Below are positions 16,516 through 60,540 of a stretch of 64,000 nt of DNA, one piece after another. The position numbers were made by a program, and so were the translations under genes. The DNA comes from Chrysomallon squamiferum. Taxonomy: Eukaryota; Animalia; Mollusca. The stretch spans positions 8,680,001 to 8,744,000 of the forward strand of contig CM022677.1 of assembly GCA_012295275.1 (NCBI GenBank), written 5' to 3'. The notes under the pieces were generated by a model. It worked only from the letters and a program-made list of their open reading frames with translations. It ran no database searches and was not told where the DNA came from. Numbering within the stretch: position 1 is the stretch's first letter; each line of letters starts with the position of its first letter.

Positions 16516-16753
16516 GAAATTTAATTGAAATTTAATATCAAAGAAAGAAATATACTTCATTATATTACTACTACTACTATTACCACTACCACCACTACCA
16601 CCACTAATGAGTTTAAACTGAAAATGTTCTAATAAGCATTGATAATCAATCAGCTGTTGTTATTATTGTTGTTGCAGTTACTAACTTAATGTCTTTTTAC
16701 TTTATTTTATGTTAATTTATTTTCTTATAATTTATTGAAAGCAGATTTGAATG

Positions 16754-16842
<89 letters not shown>

Positions 16843-17843
16843 ATATATATATGTGAATGTGTGTTTTTCTGTTTGTGTAGATAACAGATTACATTTTAAA
16901 GTGAATGTCAAATGACAATACAAAAAAATACATGTCACTCGTCCTTTTGTATGTATTATGCAGTGAATTAAAAAATAGTAATAATAATCAAAATAAAAAA
17001 TAAAATTAAAATTACCAACCCCCCCATCAAAACAAACAAACAAAACCGTCAACAACAAAACAGACAAATAAATATATTATTTCATTTCATCTTTATACCA
17101 CTTTTTGATTTTATATTGCTCACTGATATAAATATATTCTTTTCCAAACAAATATTTCTAATAAATAGAATCTGATGGCTGTATTTCTGAAGGTTTGTTC
17201 TGGAAAATAAATATCAATTAGTTAAAGTCGAATGATGGAACTGTTATTCATTACTCCGTCCCACTGTCTTTGGGAAATCTGCAATAGCATTACTTCTCTG
17301 TTTCATATTTGATAATCAATAAATAATATTTTAAAGACATAATTAATTATTTATTAAGATTAATTTTATTTTTTTATTGACTATTGTCAATGCTGATCTA
17401 TTTGTAATTATCTAAAAACATGAAGTTAATGGGTGAAACTGTATTAATAATAATTAACTGAAGGAAAAGCGTTACATGGTCATCAGCTGGATATGATGCT
17501 GTATAAGATGTCAGGTAGTAGAGGTAGCAGAAGCAGACGTTGTGATATTGATAAATCTATATATTGTGACAGCATCTTATTGTTATCAACTTACAAGAAA
17601 CTATTGGTGATCATCATAATTATCATAAACGTCATCATCATCATCATAATGGTAATGATGTATGACCCAATGCTGACAAACCGCTTCTGTGATCAGGACA
17701 TCTACTACCAGTGTTCCTAGACTGCTACGACGACTAATAAATTTAAAAAAGATTCTACATAATATACCAGGTTAATATTTCAATTTAAGACTTTTTAATT
17801 TTATTCATTACTTCCACAATAATAATAACTGACATATTGGAGT

Positions 17844-17939
<96 letters not shown>

Positions 17940-18080
17940 GAAAACTTAAATGAAAACACAAATAATGAAAAACAAATAACAAACAAACAAAATGTTTGTC
18001 CATATTTTACTGCATTTGCAAAAGATTCGGTTCTAAACTCAAGTCCAAAATAAATAGAGTTATCGTTCTTTAACAATTCT

Positions 18081-24069
<5,989 letters not shown>

Positions 24070-24117
24070 TGTCTGTGACAGGTTAGCAGACGTCAGTCAG
24101 CTAGCAGAAATCTCTAA

Positions 24118-24151
24118 CTTCTTATACCCTTCTTTCGTGTCGTCTACAAAA
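24118..24151 (-). promoter_or_regulatory. Putative core promoter of carboxypeptidase copy 1 (TATAAGAAG plus upstream TTTTG..GACGACAC)
   Basis: TATAAGAAG about 50 nt upstream of the ATG. The same two motifs occur upstream of copy 2 although the flanks are dissimilar. Confidence 0.5.
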
Positions 24152-24362
24152 CTTCAGAAACAATTACACTTTAAGTGACGATTTGATAAACTGAAATATA
24201 CAACAGTAGTAATCTCATTCAGAATCATAAATTATTTCATTGTTGACTGATAAAAGTTAAAAATAAAGATTTTATAGCCGGCCTTGTCAAAAAGTGAAAT
24301 TTATTTTTTAATTGTTTTCCATTTGGAATGGAGGTTGGTTGGAAATATTCAAGTGTTTGTGT

Positions 24363-24494
<132 letters not shown>

Positions 24495-24525
24495 TGTGTG
24501 TATAACAGGTGAATGTTTATGTGTG

Positions 24526-24616
<91 letters not shown>

Positions 24617-26382
24617 CATCTATCTATCTGTGTATCTTATATCTCTGCCTATCACTTCTATCTCTGTCTGTTTATCTATCCATCAATATGTCTGTCTGTC
24701 TATCCATCTATCTGCTTGTCTACCACACACACACACACGCACACACACGCACAGCAGTATTAAGGAAATCATTTAAGTATCAATAAATACTCTGTTATGA
24801 AAACAAAGAACCATAAATTAACTACAAGCAAACGTGTTTTAAATTCCACTAGTTTCATGATTTTGTTAAGTCACTGTTTGATTTTGCCGGTACTTTAGCT
24901 TGTCGACATGAAACAAATAGAAACTAACAATTATAGATTTATATACTTGGTATGCGGTCGACATATTTACAGAAAGATATATATGTGTTTGTGCCCTTCT
25001 CCTGAAGGTTAATTCGTCAAACCAAAATGGAATCCTATCATCTGTGGAATTACTACTGTATCCCATCTTTCTCGCATCTGTCCCTCTTTCTCTCATATGT
25101 CCTTCTTTCACTTATTTGTCCCTCTTTGTCTCATCTGTTCTTCTTTCTCTCATCTGCCCCTCTATTCAGTTAAGTTCCTATGTTTTTATTGACGTCCATG
25201 AAATTATATATTGTTTTTTGATATCCATCTATCCATGCATTCATCTATCCCTCCTTCGACAATATATATATATTATTGATTATTTCATCATACCATCCAT
25301 GTATCCATCATCTGAAACGTTTAGCAATCAATCATTCATCCATATATCATTCCACCAGTCCCTCCTTTGATCGAAAAACCCGTACAACCCAAACATTTTA
25401 TATGTAATCTATCTATCTATCTTTCCAGTTATTGTCTATAAAAAAATTAGTAAAACCATCCATTTATGCATCGGTCTATCCATCTGTTCGTTCATCCTGC
25501 TTTACCTTAATTCGTATTCATAAAAATATATTATGTTTGTCAGATATCAATGCATCAATCCATCTATATGTCTGTACTACCATTCATTCATTAATGAAAC
25601 ACTTCATAAACCATTTAGCCAGTTTGCATGAATCCATCCTTTCAACCATGCGATTAGCAATCCATCAGACAGCCATTATTCGACCATTCATCCATACATC
25701 CATTCTTCAGTGAATACTCATCCGTGCATTTAACCATCAATCCATCCATTAGTCCATCTAAAAATTCAGTCATATTCAAATTGTCATTCCATATAATCAT
25801 TCAGTCTTTTTCATCTATGATGACATTTATCATTTAACGTTATCCTTTCGATCCGTTCAAGCAACCATATATTCTATCGTCATTTCTTTCATCGATCTAT
25901 CCATTTATCTATTAAATAATTATAAATATATCCACCCTTCCATTCATACATGCTGCATACGTTCACACATGCATTCTTGCATTCATCTGTCTGAAGTTCT
26001 TCCTTAATTCCTTGACGATGGATGGAAAGAGGGATGGAGAAACACACGTAAATATTAAGGGATGGAAGGATTGATTGTGGAAATATGGATGGATTGAGAG
26101 ATGGAAGTCTTCCTTAATTCCTTAAAGATGAATGGATGGAGGGAGGAATACGTGTGTATATTAAAGAATGGATGGATGGATAATAGGATGAAGTATTTGA
26201 TTGACAGAGTGATAAGGTATAAAAATTAGAAAATAAAAAGATAAATAAATAATAAATTTAATGAAAGGAATTAAAAAAAAAAAAGAAGAAGAAGACAAAC
26301 AAGTTGATATAGTTTATTTCAAAAGGTAAACGTTTCAAGGTCAAGTCCGAAATTAATAGAGTTATCGTTCTTTAACAATTCT

Positions 26383-32142
<5,760 letters not shown>

Positions 32143-32173
32143 TGTTCTCCACAAGCAGACGACATCCGTCTGC

Positions 32174-32203
32174 CTTCTTATAGCCTGAGTGTCGTCAGCA
32201 AAA
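32174..32203 (-). promoter_or_regulatory. Putative core promoter of carboxypeptidase copy 2 (TATAAGAAG plus TTTTG..GACGACAC)
   Basis: Motifs shared with the copy 1 upstream region, about 32-40 nt upstream of the ATG. Confidence 0.5.
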
Positions 32204-32277
32204 CACAAGTACTTCAGTAAACACGTATGTGTGTGTGTGTGTGTGTATATATGTATATATGTGTGTGTGTGTGTGTG

Positions 32278-32349
<72 letters not shown>

Positions 32350-33157
32350 AAAAATCCTTCTTTTATTTTTCTCTTTTTGAAAAAGAAAAGAAATATAAAC
32401 TACCATCATAATGACACAAAGAAATAAGCCAGTAAATGTTTACATTTCTAAATTTAAATATTACTTTTTCTACATTGTAAACCATCAGATGTTATAGCAG
32501 GACGAATGGACTGAAAGACAGAGATGGACTTACAAATGCAGAGATATACAGATTAATAGATAGAGAGATACACATACAGATACATATTATCCTAGGTAGA
32601 TAGACGGACAGATATATGGCTATATGTATGTATGTATATATGTATCCATGTATGTATGACTGAATACATCTGTTTACTATATATATGTATATACGTATGA
32701 ACATACACACATAGATATATAGAGAGAGCCAGACAGACAGAGATAGATACATAAATAAATATATTAGACAGATTGATTGGCGATAGACAGACAGACAGGT
32801 AGTAAGAAACAGACAGACAGGTAGGAAGAAACAGACAGACAGGTAGTAGCCCGGAGGATCTACAGATGATAGACGATAGATACATGGGTAGAATGTTATG
32901 AATACATATACATAAAATGCACATACATAGACAACGCTCAAATTACATACAGATAGGTGGGATGGAAGGGTAGATGGATAGATAACACAAATAACTATAT
33001 ATACAGACAATATTACAGGTAGGTGGATGGATAGATGGATAGATAACACAAATAACTATATATACAGACAATATTACAGGTAGGTGGATGGATAGAGTTG
33101 AAGGAAAAATACATACATATAGACTGATACGCATAATTCTTCATTTCTGTGCATGTG

Positions 33158-33212
<55 letters not shown>

Positions 33213-34074
33213 GTTGTTGTTGTTATTATTATTATTATTATTATTATTGTTGTTGTTGTTGTTATTGTTGTTCTCTATTATTTATTATTATTACTGCTGT
33301 TCCTGTTATAATTATTATTATCATCATCATGATCAGTATTTTAAAATTACTGTTGTGATAACGGTCTTTGTTTACTTGTGTCTATTTTCTAGGAGATGTG
33401 TTTGTTCTATTTATCAATTTGTTATAAATATTAAGATTGTAAGCTTCGAAGTATTTTAGAAAATATACAGCCCTTTCGAATCATTTCATAACTATAAATA
33501 GAAATTTATCATAAATTTGTAACAGTGTGTCATTAGCAAAATCTTTTAAGTTAAGATGGCGGATCGTAAATTTGTCACGTGCTCAAATGGGTATCAGACA
33601 ACAGTTTTAAATCCTTGTTTTTATTAGCGATAATTTATAAGCGGCAATTTAACGTTGTAAACACTTTTAGTTATAAAAAATTCCTTGAATGATTTTGCAG
33701 TTTTTCTAATTATACAAATAACAACTGTGTTTTAAAGATGCATTTTGCGTTAGAATATAATAAACATTAAATATAATAAACTATACACTATGTCTTGTTC
33801 CGACACCAAATCTCTGGCTCTAACTCATGACAACAAAAACTGCGGAGTACACACTACACTTCTTTTTTTTGTTTAAATCATTAGCGATACATCTACAGTT
33901 TCAGTCAGTGTTTCAAAACTGCTTTGTGTGTTTACGTGTGTTAAGCATATGTGTATGTGTCTTCATGTGTTTATGTGTATATACATACATATGTGTGAGT
34001 TGTGTATGTTTCTCTCGGTGTATGTGTGTGTATATATGTTTGTGTGTGTTTCTCAGTATATTTGTCTGTGTATC

Positions 34075-34143
<69 letters not shown>

Positions 34144-34467
34144 ATGTATGTATATATATATATATATATGTATGTATGTGTATGTTTGTGTATGTGTATC
34201 TTTTTAATAATTTACCAGTAATAAAACTAAATAAGAGCGATTTTCACAATTTTATTTTCCAGAAAATATACCGTCAACAAAATAGAGAGTGTTTTATTAC
34301 AAAACCATTTCTACACTACAGTACAGTACACAGTAAAAATACACAATTACTTACTCACATCTATCTAAACACCGAAATACACAAAAATATTGTCACAATC
34401 TTCCATTTAAGTTTATGGTATATTACATTTCCGTAAAGGTCTGAATGTGTATTTGAATATATACGTT

Positions 34468-34543
<76 letters not shown>

Positions 34544-35399
34544 TGTGTGTTTTTATGTGTTTGTATGCGTTTGTATGTGTGGTATATTAACTACTTATAG
34601 ATATATATGAGTAGTTGCTCTTCTGTATGAGTGTAGGTGAATGGGGGAGAATGAGACTGTAGATGGATGTTTGTATATGTATGTTTGTTATGTTTGTATG
34701 TTTGTTCTTGAATGTAACTTCATTTTCACCATAAGCATAACAAATATAGACAGCATGAACAAAACAGAACTAATTATGTTTTGTAGTTAAAGGGAGATAA
34801 TCCAAGCCGAATTTTATATGTGTGTCCATATCTGTGTGCGTGTGAGTCTGTGTGTGTGTGATGAAAATAGTTATTTTTAGTAACCAAAAAAACTATTACC
34901 TCTTGTGTACTTCTCAAGTATCACATGTAGAAAATTAATTAACCATATATGTGTACCATGTGTTACCTTTGATTACTTACCACGTATCTGAAGTGTCATT
35001 TTAATTTGAGTTAATTACGTCACATCTGAGTTATTTTTCACACAATTCTCACCATTTTAACCAAAATAGCAACGATAATTAAATAACTATTTCTGAAAGA
35101 CAAATTTCGCGACTAATGAACGAATGGACACACAAAAAAGTTTAATTTGATAATAACTGGTTTTTTCGTTTGGATGAATATGTGAGTACAATTATTTAAT
35201 TATGTGTGTATATGTATGTGTGTTTGTGTGTTAGTTATGTCTTGTTTATATATACATATATATAAACAAGCAATATTTCGAAGTGAAACTACATGTTTAG
35301 TCAGTGCTCGAAAAATATATTTAAAATAAAATTTATCATATATACACACACACACACACATACACACAAACATATACACACACGCACAAATACATACAC

Positions 35400-35670
<271 letters not shown>

Positions 35671-36136
35671 AAATTAATATGAAAATATTCATACATAATA
35701 ATAACAATATCATAAGCATACATCATAATAATAACAAAATGATAATACGGAATGTATGTAATACATTTAAAGGCCGTTCACATACACGCAAATAATAAAT
35801 ACATTTAAACACTGAGAGAAAAATAAAAATGATCTGATATGAATCTGATTAGAGTTATATCTTCGAAAGAAACTAAAGAGAATTTACTTCATATCTAAAC
35901 TTGAATAGTCTGATTTAGATGTAGTGAGCGTTTCTGTTGTTCATGAGGTTGTTGTTGTCGTCGTCGTTTGGTTGCTGTTGTTTCTATCGCTGTAGTTTCT
36001 GTTGATTAGAGTGTTATATCTTCGAAAGAGAATAAAGATTGTTTTATTCAGTGGTCTAATGTTTTCATTGGTTGTTTCCTAAAACTGTCGTAGTTTGATT
36101 GGTTCTTCCTTTCTGTAATCGCATTTTGATTGGTTC

Positions 36137-54604
<18,468 letters not shown>

Positions 54605-54650
54605 ATTAAAAAGTAGAGCGAGCTGCTGCCACAGGTAGGCAAAAATGTTA

Positions 54651-54825
54651 CCCACGTTTCGTGCTAGCGACACGGCTGTATCGTTAAACGAAATGAAACG
54701 AACTGTTAGAAAAACTAATGGCTGGACGGTAGTCTGCTGCTGTTGTCCACGTTTCGTTCAAGTAACACGGCTGTATCGTTAAACGAAACGCAACGAACAG
54801 TCACACAAACAGACGGATTGACGAT
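54651..54825. repeat. About 95-bp tandem duplication immediately upstream of the RFESD first coding exon
   Basis: CCACGTTTCGT......ACACGGCTGTATCGTTAAACGAAA.G.AACGAAC occurs at about 54652 and about 54747. Confidence 0.8.
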
Positions 54826-56199
54826 TGTTTGAAATTTTTCTTAACTGACGAGTCGCATCGATTTGGTGGACGGCACAGAGTTAATTGTAGATGGTCGTAA
54901 TCTTTGATGACTGGTTTAAAATGTCACAATTGAATATACTCTTCCATATGAGCTTATTTTCTTCTTCCTGATTTTTATTTTATTTCTATTTTTGGTGTTT
55001 ACTCCTTTTTTGAGTTCACTTTTTACTTCCTGACCTTTTCAAACTGTTCTCCTTATTTTCAGTTTAGTTTTTTCTTCCTGACTTTATTAAAAATATATTT
55101 GTTATCAGATGAAAAAAGAAGACTTCAGCACCGATGTGAAAACGACGAATTTATGAAGGCAGTCGTGCACTTGGTGAAACCGACACTCAACCACACACAC
55201 ACAAGTTGATCTATAACCTGTGCTCTTTTAGTCTCACTGTTGACGCTTTTTTTATGTTGATCAATCCACGCTTCAGAAGTGCTAAACATACAGATTGCCT
55301 CTGTTTCAAAAATAAGAATTATTTTCCTTCACCATCAAAATATAAAGCTGTTTATTACAAGTTAGTGTCGCCTGCAGCTTCTGTAATAAAAACGATTTAT
55401 TTGAAGCAGAAACGTGAAGCGGATCACGTCTGTTTCTTTATCAGGAGAGTAGAGACAGACGAATGGATTCTTAGAAAAATAATGGACAGGTAATTTTCTT
55501 TGTAAAACAAAATAACAACTCGAGCAAAGATTACAGGAAATAGCATCTGCTTTATTCTATTTTATTCTTAATTGAATTTTTGTTGTTCCTTCACGTATTT
55601 CCTTTTTCTTTAAATTATTTTTCCTTCTTCTTTCTTTTTTTTTTTCTTTTTTCAATTCGATATCTTAATGTAGCTGGTTTGTTTCTCTTACGTATTTCTG
55701 TATTTATAAATCGTGAACTTTTTATTTTTACCGTTACGTCAAAGATTTATCTTTTGTGGGTGTTTTTCTTACTTGTTAATTATTTCTGCTTTTCTCTTAT
55801 CGATTTTTTACTTCGCTCACTTCTGCCTGAATATATAAGTCATAAACCTTTTCATCAGTAGAAATATACAGCAGAACTATGTCTCCGCAGATTTCCGGTT
55901 CATTCACTCGACTTCTTGAGCAAACTAGAAACGTCGGAACAATTCCGCTGATTAGATTTAATTTATCAAGTCGCGGAGAAACTATCGAACAAGCAGACGA
56001 ATATTGAAAAGACGGCTAGAAAGAGAATCGTAATAAAAATAAACAAACAGTTAATAACGGCCACACATAATACAGCTACGTGATATGTTTAGCTGTCTGT
56101 TACATCACTGTTCAAAGAATTTTAAAAAATCAAAACAAAAAGAAACAAAAGAACGATACGGCATCCAAGACTGAGGAACAGATAAACAGAAAAACGAAG

Positions 56200-56420
56200 C
56201 ACGTACTTGAAAGACTCGTGTGAGACTGAGCGAGATGTCAGCGTCACAACTCCGAATGCAGACGACAATCTCTTTCTCGACTTCTCGCTGCCAAGCAACC
56301 CAAGAGTATTCCTTTCTGCTGATAATTCTCTTCATCGGTATCGACCGGAAGGTATATGTAGACGAAGCAGATTCTGTGATTGGATGAGCTAAATCACATC
56401 GACCAATTGGAGACGAGATC
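56200..56420 (-). promoter_or_regulatory. Probable promoter / first non-coding exon of the Rieske gene
   Basis: Locally CpG-rich. Contains CCGGAAG (ETS-like), ATTGG/CCAAT boxes at about 56380-56410, and a minus-strand donor CAA|GTACGT at about 56206. Inference only. Confidence 0.35.
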
Positions 56421-56721
56421 AAGTCTCGTTTTATTTAAATATATCAGAGTTAATGTTGGGTCTTTATTTGCTTGTATATGGATTCAAAATATAACCAAAC
56501 AAAAACAAGAACACTTTTAATTAATTTGAAAAATATTAATCCTTATCACAGGAGTAAAAATAGAAAAGATGCAATTAACTTAATCTGCAAGTATCTTAGT
56601 ATAATAGGTAGACAGAGACAAAAATGTTTACAATTAGGTAACTTAATTAATCTAAAAATAAATGGCGAGGGGCACACGCACAGAGAGGTTAACAGAAAAA
56701 CGGTCAGGTAGACAGATAGGT

Positions 56722-56823
<102 letters not shown>

Positions 56824-57421
56824 ATACTGAAAATAGATGGATGGATTGACGGAAAAAAAGATGGATGAAGTATATTTTGAGGATAATATAACTTTGTAAA
56901 ATTGTGAATAAAACGAAATGAAAGGCTGAAAAAGAAAACATGTTTAAATCTCATCTATTCTTTAACGCTCATAACCTGCAGCTAGATCACATTAAATAAG
57001 AAAATATAGAAACCAGTTTCTTTGTTTCGCCAGTTAAACATCTGCTTCCCTGAGACGGCGAAGGAAAGAGACATATTTAATTATATCTGGTTAGCACCAA
57101 AAAACAGCGTTTCGTCAATTTTCACCTTCTGAACAATACACGCATCGATATTCTATGGCATTTTGCAGGCAGAAACACATCAGTTTTGTATCTTTCAGAT
57201 TAATTACGGTTCTGTCAAATTATCACCAGATTATCGATAGTAGAAACACAAGCAGAGAGGTAGACGACCAGGTGTTTGTTTATTGCGGAGAAAACAAAAT
57301 ATGTCAGGGTTTTATACAGAAGAGAAATACTGAATATGTCTGTGAGTCAGTGCGTGTTTCTGAAAGAAAGGGTTGTTTAAAAGATGGCGTATAACAGATA
57401 AGGATGTAAAAAGATGGTATG

Positions 57422-57507
<86 letters not shown>

Positions 57508-59119
57508 AAATAATTATGCTCAACTCATTACGCTTTATTTTCATAGAACATGTTTTTTTTTTTTTTTTTATCGAATCGTGTATGAGTGTATTTTGTACAC
57601 TCGTACTTTTTAACAATTTAAGTAAATGTTTGTATGTTTACCAGTCGATTAATCATCGTATGTACCTGTTACCATGACAACAGTTTATCAGATGCAGATA
57701 TGTGATTCATTTCTCCTGCCATGAATAACGACTTACATATAAATGAAAAGTGAGAAAACGTAAACTTAAAATATTCTGTTATATAATCCGAGGGAACATA
57801 GAAACCATTAAACTAAAACAATAAGCTAAAATACATTTTGAGTATTCGAAACAAATAAATCATTTCAATTCATTTTAACACACACTGCACACATACACAC
57901 ACGATTCTATTCTTTTAAAAATATATAATGAAATTATTACATAGACGGGTGATATCGTTAGGCATTTCATAAAAATAAATTTTATTGGTTATATTTACAG
58001 AACATTAAACATTAGTAATTTGTTAATGCTTCCAAGTCGTCAAGAAAAGTCACCCAATTAACGAACATTCAATCAGAGTTGCGTCCCTTGTTTCTCCCAT
58101 CTTCGCACGTTACAACCATCTCAGTTACTAAATTTCTCTCACAAACGTGGATACACATTTCCTTTTATTCATATAGTGTATAAAATAATTTTAAAAATCC
58201 CACTCAGTCAATAAAACTGACAAATTTCAAATAAAGCAATATGGAGATTATTTAAGATATATTCTCTCTCTACCCATCTTTCATTTTTTCCCTCTGCATT
58301 TGTGTGGCTTTCTTTTTTTCTTCTTCAAATTTACACAGGCACAGAAACACACAAACCCTTTCATCCTTAAAAAGAATATAAACAATGGCAGTAAGCACAT
58401 GAAAAGATAACAAGAACAAATTTCATTTAAAGCAAATGTGGGCAAATTTTTAATATATATTTTATATATATATATAATATGTACATAAATATACAAAATG
58501 CATAGAATGAATAAAACTACAAACACAAAACTATCTAACAACTTCGTTGCACTGTTTTCTTCACTAAACCCAGTTTTATTAAATCTCTTAACCTTTGTTT
58601 GTTTTAACACTGTCAGTTTAAAATATTTTATTAATCTCAGTGTTTATTTAAAATGTTAGCAAAAACTGAACATGTTTTTTAAAACAATGTTAAAATAAAG
58701 ATTATTTTTAAACAATTATTTTGTTTCAGATAAAAGATCTATTCATTTTAGTTTTATTCAGGAAGAAAAAGTGGAAAGTTTCATAAACAATTAAAATCAA
58801 TCTTTATAACTGTTAACCCACAGACAAACTATAATTTAAGTACTTCCAGTGTATCTGCTTTACAACCCAATTATACCAATAGGCAATGATGCAAGACAAT
58901 CAGATTAAACATTCTCCGATGAAACATTATTAAAAACTATTTTCTTAACATTCGTCTATGATCAGTTCAACATAGTCCAACAGTCATTTTAAAAAAAAAT
59001 TCATTTCAACACCATTTCTATTTTAATTTTTTCTTCTTCTAATCCTAGGCAATGATGAGGGATCCCAGACAATTAATAATTTAAAAATGGATAATTAAAA
59101 TGTGATGCAGACACCCATC

Positions 59120-59726
59120 TCAACTTGGGTTAGCTTCAGCCATGTATGCATCTAACTCATGGTCTAGGTGGTTCTTTGTTTTAGACATGTACTCTTCCAA
59201 CTGGTTGTCTAGCTCCTCCCGTGATACCTGGTTGGCTGCACCACGACCTCCACGACCTCCACGACCTCTTGCCCCACGACCTCTCTGTCCACCTCGTCCT
59301 GCCGGTCCTCTTCCCCTTGGACGACCTCGACCACCTCTGAATCTAAAAGTAGTCAATCAACTTTTAAATTTCTTTTATCATTTATTATCATTATTATAAT
59401 TATTACAATGAACATATTGACATTTTAGTATAATGATCTATTGTTAAAATTAATAAGCCACCAACAACAAAATTACTAATAAAATGTTTAACTTAGAAAC
59501 ATCTGGTAATTACAGAATAACAAACATCACAGTACAGTGAGTGTCAAGTAAATTATGTAGTATTTGTAGCTGAACCTTGTTTTATTTAAAATTTAAAATT
59601 AAAGCAGACATCAAAATATCATTCTCATGAACTGTATTTCATACTGATAGGTTTTTGAAACTGTATTCACATCTGATGGCAATTTTATTTTAATATCTTA
59701 AATAATATAGAATTTAAAAAATATAT

Positions 59727-59817
<91 letters not shown>

Positions 59818-60494
59818 TTTACTTTCAATCTGATAATTAAAAAGAAAATGACTAAGATGAACACACACATTCTTTCCCTCTCTGATACATACCATACACA
59901 TAAAGCACTATGTTTCTCAGCACAGAAAGTTTTTATAAATTACAATAATATAATATTACAAACATGTAGACATATGCCTTGTTTAAATATAATAAATATA
60001 TATACCTGAAAGAAAAATAAACAGATAAACATTTTATAATTTTCAACCTATTTAAAGTTCCATGAAAATAAATTTCTTTCAATAATGGAAAAAAAAAAAA
60101 AAATGTTATTTCAAATTTCAAATAAATTCGCTGCTCTTTGAATAAATTATCCTTTTTAATGGTTTTAATACCTCTATAAAAAGCAAATGCTTGCAGTTAA
60201 TAAAAAATAAAAAAAGGATAAAAGTATTAGAGTAAAATAATTAAGATGGGACTCCTTTATTTTAGTTGACAAACACAAGATCCATGCATAAATGTCTATG
60301 AACTCAAACATTTAACTAAAAATAAATATTTCCTTTACCTTCATTCCCAAAATAAAATAACAAAAGCAAGAAACTCACCTTTCCCCACCCCAAAATAAAC
60401 AGATAAAAGAATAATACTAATAATAATAGAAACAATAACAAAATTGAAAATTATGATTGTAAAAAATATATTTAAAATATAAACAATAATGAAG

Positions 60495-60540
<46 letters not shown>

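Noticed and set aside
25200-26200. TCCA-rich tract followed by TGGA-rich tract with a roughly 110-bp tandem duplication; possible fold-back
   Set aside because: Degenerate tetranucleotide low-complexity DNA; the complementarity is non-specific.
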